Shown here in pieces: positions 9,507 through 17,870 of a stretch of DNA of 64,000 nucleotides. Both the position numbers and the translations under genes were made by a program. The notes under the pieces are model-generated. The model was not told where the DNA came from, did not search any database, and saw only the letters and a list, made by a program, of their open reading frames with translations. Source of the stretch: an uncultured Chloroflexia bacterium (GTDB lineage Bacteria > Chloroflexota > Limnocylindria > Limnocylindrales > CSP1-4); contig CAVXEB010000004.1 of the NCBI GenBank assembly GCA_963760735.1, positions 1,592,329 to 1,656,328 of the forward strand. Reading direction: 5' to 3'. The stretch's first letter is position 1. Each line of letters starts with the position of its first letter.

Positions 9507-9727
9507 CACGACTTGAGTCCGTCGCCGGTCGTCGAATCCCAGAGGGTGCCATCGTCCTGGGCGGCCCACTCATCCCACGCCGCTTCGTATGTCCCGCCCA
9601 GCTCGGCCGTGCGCAGCAGGCGAACAGCTCGATGGAGCGCGGCCGATCTGGATTCCAGCCCCTGCTCCTTGGCGTATTCGTCGAGGAACTGGACGTCCTC
9701 GCCCGGGAGGCTGACACTGACTTTCAT
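9506..9727 (-). CDS. mazE: MazE-like antitoxin
   Basis: 73-aa acidic protein (MKVSVSLPGEDVQFLDEYAKEQG...) immediately upstream of and overlapping mazF. Confidence 0.6.
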   Translation of the reverse strand: MKVSVSLPGEDVQFLDEYAKEQGLESRSAALHRAVRLLRTAELGGTYEAAWDEWAAQDDGTLWDSTTGDGLKS

Positions 9728-9871
9728 ACTGAGATGCTACCACCGGTAGGGCTCGGGTGGCAATGCGGGTCTGCCCATGAGCGGAGTCGACACCCCAGTC
9801 CCGGCCCGGCACCATCGCCCTGATCTGGATAGGCGTGAATCAGCACGGTGGTTTCGTGCATCTATCGGGCG

Positions 9872-10426
9872 ATGGTGGCCATGACCGGAAGCACGACGGA
9901 GACCTCGGCGGGCCTGATGCGCCTCGCTGCGGATGGCGACGAGCTGGCCTTCGCGGGCATCGTGGACGCCCACCACGCCGACATGAGCAGTGTTTGCTTC
10001 GTCGTCACGGGTGGTGACGTCGAGCTCACCGAGGAGGCGGTCCAGTCTGCCTGGCCGATCGCCTGGCGGAAGCTGCACACGATCCGCGATCCCGAACGCC
10101 TTCGACCGTGGCTCATCTCGATCGCCGTCAACGAAGCCCGACAGCTGGCGCGTCGTCGACGGCGGGGTCGGGTGCTCGAAATCTCGGTCGCCCGCGATCC
10201 ATCCGCGGAAACCCCCTCGGATCCCGGCTCCCACGTCGGCGACATCGACCTCCGCAATGCCCTTGCCGGCATGAGCGCGGAGGACCGGGCGCTGATCGCC
10301 CTGCGATACGTCGCGGGATTCGATTCCACGGAGCTGGCGCGCGCTCTCCACATGAGTCCCTCCGGCACTCGCGCCCGATTGGCCCGATTGCTTGGCCGTC
10401 TTCGATCGGAGCTTGGCGATGGATGA
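9872..10426 (+). CDS. ECF sigma factor
   Basis: Region 2 (LISIAVNEARQLARRRRR) and region 4 (LIALRYVAGFDSTELARALHMSPSGTRARLAR) are present. The start is ambiguous among in-frame ATG 9872, ATG 9881 and ATG 9917. Confidence 0.8.
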   Translation: MVAMTGSTTETSAGLMRLAADGDELAFAGIVDAHHADMSSVCFVVTGGDVELTEEAVQSAWPIAWRKLHTIRDPERLRPWLISIAVNEARQLARRRRRGRVLEISVARDPSAETPSDPGSHVGDIDLRNALAGMSAEDRALIALRYVAGFDSTELARALHMSPSGTRARLARLLGRLRSELGDG

Positions 10427-13193
10427 CATGACCGCGTTCGAGGACCGGTTCGGGGAGCGCGTCCGGGCGTTCGCCACGAGCGGCGTGCAGTCGGTGGACT
10501 CTGCGGCCATTGCGCGAGGCGTGGCGGTCGGCCATCCCAAGAAGCCCGTCACCGGGCCGGCCAGGCGTCGGCTTCTGGACGACATTCATCGAGGCCGCCA
10601 GCGGCGCATCTTCAGAACCACACTGGCCGCGGCGGCGATCGTCGCGGCGGTCGCACTCGGTGGTGTGTTGGCGGTGATCGGGGGTCCGAGCCCGGCGCCG
10701 AGCGTGCATCCCAGCCCCAGCCTTCCTGGCGTCGTGCCTCCAAGTTCGACGCCCAGCGCGACAGCGCCGACCTCGTCCACGGTCGCGGCTCCGGGAGGGG
10801 TCTGGATCGCCACCGGGGCGATGGGAACGCCTCGCTCCGGCCACACCGCCGTCCGACTGCTGGATGGCCGGGTGCTCGTCGTGGGCGGCGCCAGCGGCGA
10901 TCCGGACAACGACACCTCCGCGGAGTTGTACGACCCGGTCACGGGGACCTGGTCGGCCACTGGAAGGATGGTCAGGACCCGGGGGGGTGGCTCCGCGTTC
11001 GCGGCCATGCGACTGCGCGATGGCAAGGTGCTTGCCGGGGATGACCAGGGCGCCGAGGTGTACGACCCGGATGACGGGACCTGGAAGGCCACCAAGACGA
11101 TGGCTCTCATCGATCCTGATGGGTCGAGCCACTGGGGCCGGGCCACGTTGCTGGACGATGGCAAGGCGCTCGTGGTCCACGACGGCGGCAGCTCCGAAGT
11201 CTACGACCCCGACAGCGGGACCTGGACCGCCACAGGGCAGCTGACACCGCCCGTGGACATCCCCACCCCGATCACGCTGCCCGACGGCAAGGTCCTCGTG
11301 GCCGGCGGGGAAGACACGACTCGCGATGGGGATCGGGCCGCCCTGTATGACCCGGCCACGGGCACCTGGGTCGCCACTGGAGCGATGGGGATGCCTCGAC
11401 TTGAACACCTCCTGGTATCGCTCCTCGATGGCCGTGTGCTCGTGGTGGGCGGCGCCAACGACGATCAACACGACACGTCCGCCGAGGTGTACGACCCGGC
11501 CACGGGGACCTGGTCCGCCACCGGGAGCATGCTCAACGCACACACCCGCTTCCCGGCCACCCTGTTGGGCGACGGCCGGGTGCTCGTCGGGGACGCCGCC
11601 GGCGCCGAGATCTACGACCCCGACAGCGGGACCTGGACGTTCACCGAGAAGATGGTCATGCCCACCGAGGGCTCCGCCACGTTGTTGTTCGATGGCACGG
11701 TCCTCGTGGCGGGTAGTGGGGGCTCGGCGGAGTTGTACATCCCTGCCGGCGCCTCGCCACCACCTGCGTTGCCGACTACCCCTGCGACCGGCGCCTGGAT
11801 CGCCACCGGGACGATGGGTACGCCTCGCTCCGGCCACACGTCGGTTCGGCTGCTTGATGGCCGGGTGCTCGTCGTGGGCGGCGGCAACGGCGACGTGAAC
11901 GACAGGTCCGCGGAGTTGTACGACCCGGCGACCGGGGCCTGGTCCGCCACCGGGAACACGGCCAAGCCCCCTGCGTGCTTCGACGCCACGCTGCTACGCG
12001 ACGGCAAGGTGCTTGTGGGGGATGTCGACGACCCGGACGCGGACCACCCGGTCCTCGGCGCCGAAGTGTACGACCCGGCAACCGGAACCTGGGCTTCCAC
12101 CGGGAAGATGGCCATCAGGGATGGTTGCTGGCTGTCCGCCACGCTCCTTCGCGACGGGAGGGTGCTCGTGACGGGTCGCGAGGGCTCCCAGCTGTACGAC
12201 CCGGACAGCGCGACCTGGGCTGCGACTGAGAGCATGATCGCTCGACCCGGCTTGATGGGGCGCCGCTTCGGCGCGGCCGTCCTGCTGCCCGATGGCCGCG
12301 TACTGATCGCGGGCGGTGGTACCGACAACCAGTACCTGGACACGGCCGAGCTGTACGATCCGGACACGGGGTCGTGGACCGCGATCGCGAACATGCACAG
12401 CCCCAAGGCTGGCCCCAGGGCCACGCTGATGCGCGACGGCAAGGTGCTCGTGATCGGCCGCTCCTCCTCGACGACCGCCGAGGTGTACGACCCGGCGACC
12501 GGGACGTGGACCGCCACCGGGGACTTCGCCAGAGCGGGCGTTCACTACGGATCGCTCACGCTATTGTCCGATGGCATGGTGCTCGTGGCGGACGACTACG
12601 GCGCCGAGCTGTACGACCCGGGCACCGGATCCTGGACCACCACCGGGTACCCGCTCCGGGGGCACGATGGTCCTCTGACGCTGCTCCTCGATGGCACCGT
12701 CCTCGCGGCGGGCGGCCGTGATTGCCTGAATGGGGGGTGTGTCGCAACGGGCTCAGCCGAGCTGTATGTGCCTGGCGGCGTGTCGCCGCCACCCGCTGTG
12801 GCGGCCCTCCCGATCCCGACCCAGACCCCGATCCCGACCGCGACTCCGAGCCCGACTCCGGTCCTACCCCAGGCGGGACCTGGCGGACGGCCCTGGAAGA
12901 TCCGGGTCAGCAACAGCAGCTCTCGACCCGCGACGTTGTTCGTCGCCGAGGAAAGCGATCAGGGCGTCATGGGGAAGCTCGTCGGGTCCGCGACCCCGAG
13001 TGTCGTGCCACCCGGCACCACCGTGGACGTGACCTTTCTCGTGCCCGCGACAGACACGGGTGGATGGTCGATCTTCGTGAACCCGCGACCAGGCACCGAC
13101 ACCGGAGGGGTGATCGGGTGGACCGTCTTTCCGCCGTCGGGCTCGATCCACATCAATGAGGAAGGGCTGTCCGGCTGGATGGGCGAGAGTTGA
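10419..13193 (+). CDS. Anti-sigma factor with two tandem six-bladed Kelch-repeat beta-propellers and a C-terminal beta-sandwich domain (about 925 aa)
   Basis: The gene overlaps the sigma stop (alternative start 10428). One TM helix is present (LAAAAIVAAVALGGVLAVIGG). Twelve Kelch-type blades of the form AE(L/V)YDPxTGTWxxTGxM...RxxHTAxLLxDGRVLVxGG are split into two approximately 330-aa halves. Confidence 0.75.
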   Translation: MDDMTAFEDRFGERVRAFATSGVQSVDSAAIARGVAVGHPKKPVTGPARRRLLDDIHRGRQRRIFRTTLAAAAIVAAVALGGVLAVIGGPSPAPSVHPSPSLPGVVPPSSTPSATAPTSSTVAAPGGVWIATGAMGTPRSGHTAVRLLDGRVLVVGGASGDPDNDTSAELYDPVTGTWSATGRMVRTRGGGSAFAAMRLRDGKVLAGDDQGAEVYDPDDGTWKATKTMALIDPDGSSHWGRATLLDDGKALVVHDGGSSEVYDPDSGTWTATGQLTPPVDIPTPITLPDGKVLVAGGEDTTRDGDRAALYDPATGTWVATGAMGMPRLEHLLVSLLDGRVLVVGGANDDQHDTSAEVYDPATGTWSATGSMLNAHTRFPATLLGDGRVLVGDAAGAEIYDPDSGTWTFTEKMVMPTEGSATLLFDGTVLVAGSGGSAELYIPAGASPPPALPTTPATGAWIATGTMGTPRSGHTSVRLLDGRVLVVGGGNGDVNDRSAELYDPATGAWSATGNTAKPPACFDATLLRDGKVLVGDVDDPDADHPVLGAEVYDPATGTWASTGKMAIRDGCWLSATLLRDGRVLVTGREGSQLYDPDSATWAATESMIARPGLMGRRFGAAVLLPDGRVLIAGGGTDNQYLDTAELYDPDTGSWTAIANMHSPKAGPRATLMRDGKVLVIGRSSSTTAEVYDPATGTWTATGDFARAGVHYGSLTLLSDGMVLVADDYGAELYDPGTGSWTTTGYPLRGHDGPLTLLLDGTVLAAGGRDCLNGGCVATGSAELYVPGGVSPPPAVAALPIPTQTPIPTATPSPTPVLPQAGPGGRPWKIRVSNSSSRPATLFVAEESDQGVMGKLVGSATPSVVPPGTTVDVTFLVPATDTGGWSIFVNPRPGTDTGGVIGWTVFPPSGSIHINEEGLSGWMGES

Positions 13194-13198
13194 TCGAT

Positions 13199-14617
13199 GT
13201 GAACCGCAGGTTCGCACCCGTCGTCGTGGTCGCTCTGCTAGTCATCGCCGGCTGTACGACCGGGCAACCGCCTGGGAGCGGGTCCGCTTCGCCGAGCCTG
13301 GCTGTGCCGAGCATGGCGTCCGTCCCGTCGTCGACCCCGACGAGCCCACCCAGCCCGGCAGCCAGCCCCGGAGTGGCCTCGATCTCCGATGGCCCGCTCG
13401 CCCCCGGCACCTACAGGATCCCGCAGTGGGACACGGGCTGCAGCGAGCACCAGCCAGGGTGCAGCCCGTCGCCCGCGCATGACGCCGTCCGCGTGACCCT
13501 CACCGTGCCCGGTGGCTGGGAGGGGATCGCGGGCACGATCTGGTTGGCCGAAAAGGGGAATGGGGCGCCCGACGGGGCCGGTCTGCTCGTCGGCAGGGGC
13601 GCCTGGCTGCTGACCGATGCGTGCACGAAGGCCGAACACGCGATCCCTCCGGATATCGAGGTCGGACCGAGTGTCGACGACTTCGCCAACGCCATCGCGG
13701 GTCATCCACTGCTCGATGCCTCGGATCCTGTCGACGTCACCCTTGCCGGATACGCCGGCAAGTACATCGACCTGCAGGTGCCGGCCGATCTCTCCAAGTG
13801 CGAGGTCTACCGTCCCTTCGATCCCGGGATCTACGCCCAGGGGCCGAGCCACCAGTGGCACCTCTGGATCCTCGACGTGGATGGCCTCCGCTTCGTGGTC
13901 CAGAGCACGGACTACCCAGGAACGTCGGCAAAGCACAAGACGCAGCTCAAAGCGATCGTGGATTCGATCAGGATCGACACTGGCGCGACGCCCGAGGTCC
14001 TCGGGGAGCGGCTGGCGGCCGGCACCCACACGGCGGCACCGTTCGACCCAGCGCTGCCCGACGCGTGGGGCGTCTGTGTTGGCCAGCCCGGCTGTTCGGA
14101 AGATCCCGCCGACGACTCGATCCGCATCACCTATACGGTGTCGGAGGGCTGGGCCTTCGGCTACGGGGCCGCGGTGACCAAACCGTCCGCGGGCACGGTC
14201 GCACCGAGCGGGATGAGCCTGCACTTCCTCCGTGGCGGGTGGCTGTTCAGCGACCCTTGCGTCACGACCGAAAGACCGCCGGACATCGAGGTCGGGCCGA
14301 CCGCCGACGACTTCGCCGACGCGCTCGCCGCCCATCCGCTCCTGGATGTCACGACGCCGGTCGATGTCAGGCTCGGTGGGTTCTCAGGGAAGTACCTCGA
14401 CCTCCAGGTGCCGGCTGACATCAGCGCCTGCGCCGAGTCCTACTACCCCTGGACGCCCGCCTTCTCTGCCCAGGGCCCGAACCATCGATGGCACATCTGG
14501 AACCTCGATGTCGACGGCGTCCGGGTCGTGATCCAGAGCGGAGACTTCGCAGGGACGCTACCGGAGAACCTCGTCGAGATGCACACAATCATCGAGTCCA
14601 TCCAGATCGAGCCCTGA
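13199..14617 (+). CDS. Secreted lipoprotein containing two tandem copies of an uncharacterised approximately 190-aa domain (paralogous to the ectodomain of anti-sigma 15738-16700)
   Basis: GTG 13199 gives MNRRFAPVVVVALLVIAGC with a lipobox; TTG 13190 is the alternative. The internal repeat spans DIEVGPSVDDFANAIAGHPLLD ... LQVPADLSKC ... WHLWILDVDGLRFVVQS and DIEVGPTADDFADALAAHPLLD ... LQVPADISAC ... WHIWNLDVDGVRVVIQS. Confidence 0.7.
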   Translation: MNRRFAPVVVVALLVIAGCTTGQPPGSGSASPSLAVPSMASVPSSTPTSPPSPAASPGVASISDGPLAPGTYRIPQWDTGCSEHQPGCSPSPAHDAVRVTLTVPGGWEGIAGTIWLAEKGNGAPDGAGLLVGRGAWLLTDACTKAEHAIPPDIEVGPSVDDFANAIAGHPLLDASDPVDVTLAGYAGKYIDLQVPADLSKCEVYRPFDPGIYAQGPSHQWHLWILDVDGLRFVVQSTDYPGTSAKHKTQLKAIVDSIRIDTGATPEVLGERLAAGTHTAAPFDPALPDAWGVCVGQPGCSEDPADDSIRITYTVSEGWAFGYGAAVTKPSAGTVAPSGMSLHFLRGGWLFSDPCVTTERPPDIEVGPTADDFADALAAHPLLDVTTPVDVRLGGFSGKYLDLQVPADISACAESYYPWTPAFSAQGPNHRWHIWNLDVDGVRVVIQSGDFAGTLPENLVEMHTIIESIQIEP

Positions 14618-14928
14618 CACGATTGGCTCGAGTGGCTCGCGCCGCTCGACGCGCGGGCCGGACGTGTGAGCGGTGTTGGTCGGACGCTCTCCTCGGCCAC
14701 CTGCCCGATGGCCGGCAGTGTCTGAGCCGCGGCCGCTGCGGACGGCTCACTCGGTTCGTCGATGGAACGGCCGTATTGAGCCGGAGCGAGTAGCCGTCGG
14801 CCTCGTTCGGGCGACCTCACGGTCATCAGCTACTCGAGCGTTGTGCCAGGCATTCGAGCGGAAGCGCAAGCGGGTTCGCCTCGGAGCACAGGGCTGATGC
14901 CTTTGTGCATCGGCTATTCTTGATCGGC

Positions 14929-14965
14929 GCCGACATAGCTCAGCGGTAGAGCAGCTGTTTCGTAA
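14929..14965 (+). repeat. 5' half of tRNA-Thr(CGT) (acceptor 5' strand through the anticodon loop, GCCGACATAGCTCAGCGGTAGAGCAGCTGTTTCGTAA); att-like remnant
   Basis: Identical to nt 1-37 of the intact tRNA at 21265. The identity breaks exactly in the anticodon loop and is followed by a 55-nt sequence identical to that after the 17663 copy. Confidence 0.8.
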
Positions 14966-15047
14966 GTCTCCCGCCCTGTGCGCAGTGCTACCCCGAGTGG
15001 CGGCCCGATACAAACGGGCACACTTATCAGCTATTCAATTCTTGGGG

Positions 15048-15094
15048 TGGTCCGCCTAGGATCGACGCTGCGGGCCGCTAGCGTCCGAGCCGAC
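15048..15094. repeat. About 45-nt repeat, copy 2 (see 9079-9125)
   Basis: GGATCGACGCTGCGGGCCGCTAGCGTCCGAGCCGACCCTGA matches 9079-9125 at about 85% identity. Confidence 0.6.
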
Positions 15095-15186
15095 CCTGAC
15101 TACCCGCACTGAACGATTCCGGCGCTCCGTACCCTCATGCTCGATAGACCGCGGTCGTCTCGACCACGGCTGATCGCCGGAGACCC

Positions 15187-15741
15187 ATGGACCGAGACCT
15201 CGTCGAGCGGGCGCGCTCGGGCGACCAGGCGGCATTCGAGGATCTGGTGCACCAGGTCAGCGACACGCTGTTCGGGATCGCTCGACGCATCCTGCGCGAT
15301 CCCGGCCTCGCCGAGGACGTTCTGCAGAACGCCCTTGTGACCATTTGGCGGAAGCTGCCGCATCTGCGGGAGCCAGACCGCTTCGAGGCATGGGCCTACC
15401 GGATCCTCGTCAACGCTTGCTACGCGGTTGCTCCGCACAACCGGAGATGGGCATCGACCGTGCGCGTTCTCCCAATCGATCGGGCGGACGACGTGGACGC
15501 TTACCAATCGATCTCCAATCGCGACGAGTTGGAGCAGGCTTTCCGCCGGCTACCGCTCGACCAGCGGGCGGTGTTCGTCCTCCACCACCACGTGGGCCTG
15601 CCCCTCGTGGCAGTGGCCGAGACGCTCGGCATCCCCGACGGAACCGCCCGCTCGCGACTGCACTACGCCACCCGCGCACTTCGGTCCGCTTTCGAGGCGG
15701 GCCGGGCGCCGATCAAGGTCCAGGAAGGGCGACTGTCATGA
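15187..15741 (+). CDS. ECF sigma factor
   Basis: MDRDLVERARSGDQAAFEDLVHQ ... ALVTIWRKLPHL ... VFVLHHHVGLPLVAVAETLGIPDGTARSRLHYA, 184 aa. Confidence 0.85.
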   Translation: MDRDLVERARSGDQAAFEDLVHQVSDTLFGIARRILRDPGLAEDVLQNALVTIWRKLPHLREPDRFEAWAYRILVNACYAVAPHNRRWASTVRVLPIDRADDVDAYQSISNRDELEQAFRRLPLDQRAVFVLHHHVGLPLVAVAETLGIPDGTARSRLHYATRALRSAFEAGRAPIKVQEGRLS

Positions 15742-16700
15742 GCGACGACCGAGCCTTCGAACGCGCCGTGGACGACTGGCTGGCAGACGGGTCCGACCGG
15801 ACCCCTCGGCCGGTGGTCGACGCCGTCTTCCTGGCCATCAAGACGACACCACAATCGCGGGATCTTCGGATTCCGTGGAGGACCCCACCCATGTCCGTTC
15901 CGCTGCGGCTCGCCGCCGGGATCGCGGTCGTCGCGATCGTCGGCTTCGCGGCCCTGACCGTCTTCACACCGGGCACCGGCCCCGGCTCCGGCCCGACGCC
16001 GGCGCCGTCGGCCACTCTCGCGCCGACCCCGTCACCGTCGCTCCTCCCCGCGGCTGGCGCCCTCGAACCGGGGACGTATGATTGGATTGCGTACTACACG
16101 CCCGTGGGGGGAGCGCGGTTCACCATCACCGTACCCGAGGGATGGGCGACGGCTGAGGGAGGAGTATTCGTCTATAGGAATCGCGTGGCCGCTGCGGCGA
16201 GCATGCCGCCGTTCACTGGATCTGGCGAGGTCCTACTCGCTATCTGGACCGTCAGCCATGTCTACACCGACGCCTGCCATCACGATGCGACGCTGGTCGA
16301 CGCCGGAACGACGATCGATGAGCTTGCGAGCTTGCTGGTGGCGCAGAAGGGCCGGGTCGCGTCGGCCGCCACCGACGTCACCCTGGGGGGCTTCCCGGCC
16401 AAGCGGATCGAGTTGACCGTCCCGGCCGACCTCGATGTCACGAAATGCGACGGGGGAATCATCAGGTTCTGGCCGGACCCGGGCCCGGATGAGTCCGGCG
16501 GCCTGTGCTGCAGTGCCGTCGGTTCGACCGATGTCGTCTATGTCGTCGACGTCGCCGGCGATCGCTTCGCCGTCGTTGCCAGGCATCAGGCGAGCAGCTC
16601 TGCCGAGGAGCTGGCCGAGCTCGAGGCCATCGTCGCTTCCATCAAGATCGAACCGCCGGCAACCAGTCCGTCCCCATCGGGCGCGTCCCCGTCTCCCTGA
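15738..16700 (+). CDS. Anti-sigma factor with one TM helix and an extracytoplasmic domain homologous to the lipoprotein 13199-14617 repeat
   Basis: ATGA overlap with the sigma stop. The TM helix is LAAGIAVVAIVGFAALTVF. The ectodomain (EPGTYDW ... TVPEGW ... DAC ... DVTLGGFPAKRIELTVPADLDVTKC ... VYVVDVAGDRFAVVARH) aligns with both repeats of the lipoprotein. Confidence 0.7.
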   Translation: MSDDRAFERAVDDWLADGSDRTPRPVVDAVFLAIKTTPQSRDLRIPWRTPPMSVPLRLAAGIAVVAIVGFAALTVFTPGTGPGSGPTPAPSATLAPTPSPSLLPAAGALEPGTYDWIAYYTPVGGARFTITVPEGWATAEGGVFVYRNRVAAAASMPPFTGSGEVLLAIWTVSHVYTDACHHDATLVDAGTTIDELASLLVAQKGRVASAATDVTLGGFPAKRIELTVPADLDVTKCDGGIIRFWPDPGPDESGGLCCSAVGSTDVVYVVDVAGDRFAVVARHQASSSAEELAELEAIVASIKIEPPATSPSPSGASPSP

Positions 16701-16826
16701 TCGGCCACACGACGCAAGGCACGCTTCAATCCGAGGGGGAGCCCGTGCTCCCCCCGGAAGGATTGGGGTCTCCAGAGTGACACCCGCTTACGCCACGTCG
16801 CCCTGACAAGTGCTACTATGTCGCAC

Positions 16827-17090
16827 ATGGAACGTGTCGGTGTGCGCGAGCTTCGGCGTCAGGCCAGTGCCATCCTGCGAAGAGTCGCCGCGGGCGAGAC
16901 GATCGAGGTCACTGATCGAGGACGTCCGGTCGCGGTCCTGCTGCGATCGATGCCAACCGGTCTGGCCAAGCTCGAGCGCGAAGGACTGCTGCGTCGCGCC
17001 GAGGCTGACCTGCTCGACCTCCCCACGGTCCAGCTGCCGGCCAATTCACCCGCTCCGTCCGACCTCGTGTCGAAGGCGCGGACGGATTGA
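16827..17090 (+). CDS. Phd/YefM-family antitoxin
   Basis: MERVGVRELRRQASAILRRVAAGETIEVTDRGRPVAVLL matches the Phd/YefM fold; it overlaps the downstream PIN toxin by 4 nt. The ORF track places the start at 16818 (MSHM...). Confidence 0.7.
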   Translation: MERVGVRELRRQASAILRRVAAGETIEVTDRGRPVAVLLRSMPTGLAKLEREGLLRRAEADLLDLPTVQLPANSPAPSDLVSKARTD

Positions 17091-17482
17091 AGGCCGTCTA
17101 TCTCGATAGCTCGGCGTTCGTCAAGCTGGTCGTCACCGAGGCGCAGTCGACCGAGCTCCGAGAATTCCTCGCGACGCACGAGGCTCGCCGCGTGTCGTCT
17201 TCCCTCCTCCGGGCCGAAGCCCTCCGAGCGGTCCGCCACCTGGGGCCTGACGCTCTCGCCATCGCCCGCGAGGGCCTTCGGCGTGTCGACCTGATCGCCA
17301 TCGACGATCGGATCCTCGATGCGGCCGGCATCCTCGAGCCTCGAATACTGCGCACGCTCGATGCCATCCATCTCGCGACCGCTCTGACGCTAGGTGACGA
17401 CCTCGACACGATCGTGACCTACGACGATCGGATGATCGAGGGGGCGGCGCTCATCGGGCTGGCCGCCGTCGCCCCGCGCTGA
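17087..17482 (+). CDS. vapC: PIN-domain toxin VapC
   Basis: MKAVYLDSSAFVKLVVTEAQS ... SSSLLRAEAL ... DAIHLATAL ... IVTYDDRM. Confidence 0.85.
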   Translation: MKAVYLDSSAFVKLVVTEAQSTELREFLATHEARRVSSSLLRAEALRAVRHLGPDALAIAREGLRRVDLIAIDDRILDAAGILEPRILRTLDAIHLATALTLGDDLDTIVTYDDRMIEGAALIGLAAVAPR

Positions 17483-17662
17483 TTGCGCCTAGATCGAACG
17501 GTCGTGCGGTTCGGGACCTCTCAAGGGTGCCCGACAGTCGTCGGCGTAGACACACTTATCAGCTGTTCGAGCGCTGTGCTACCGCTCTGAGCACGATCGC
17601 CGGCATGCTCCCGTGAGGGCGAATTGCCGCTGTGCGTTGAGCATCGGCTATTCTTGATCGGC

Positions 17663-17699
17663 GCCGACATAGCTCAGCGGTAGAGCAGCTGTTTCGTAA
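17663..17699 (+). repeat. Second copy of the 5' half of tRNA-Thr(CGT); att-like remnant
   Basis: It is identical to 14929-14965 and to nt 1-37 of the intact tRNA. It is embedded in an approximately 130-nt repeat (17642-17770 versus 14912-15036). Confidence 0.8.
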
Positions 17700-17870
17700 G
17701 TCTCCCGCCCTGTGCGCAGTGCTACCCCGAGTGGCGGCCCGATACAAACGGGCACACGTTTCAGCTATTCGGATTCAGGCACTGCCCGCCGCAGACGCAC
17801 GCTACGGCTGCGTCTTCCCGACACGACCCGGATGACCCTCCGCGATCCAACTGAACGCTCAACATCCCGT

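Noticed and set aside
10790-12760. Periodic nucleotide repeats that might suggest a CRISPR array or DGR
   Set aside because: The periodicity is the 47-50-codon Kelch blade repeat inside one ORF. There are no spacer-like unique segments of constant length, no cas genes and no reverse transcriptase.
14929-15040. Possibility that the tRNA-Thr 5' halves are intron-containing tRNA genes
   Set aside because: No 3' half (ACAGC ... TGTCGGC) follows within several hundred nt. The downstream sequence is identical in both copies and unrelated to tRNA, so they are truncated att-type fragments.
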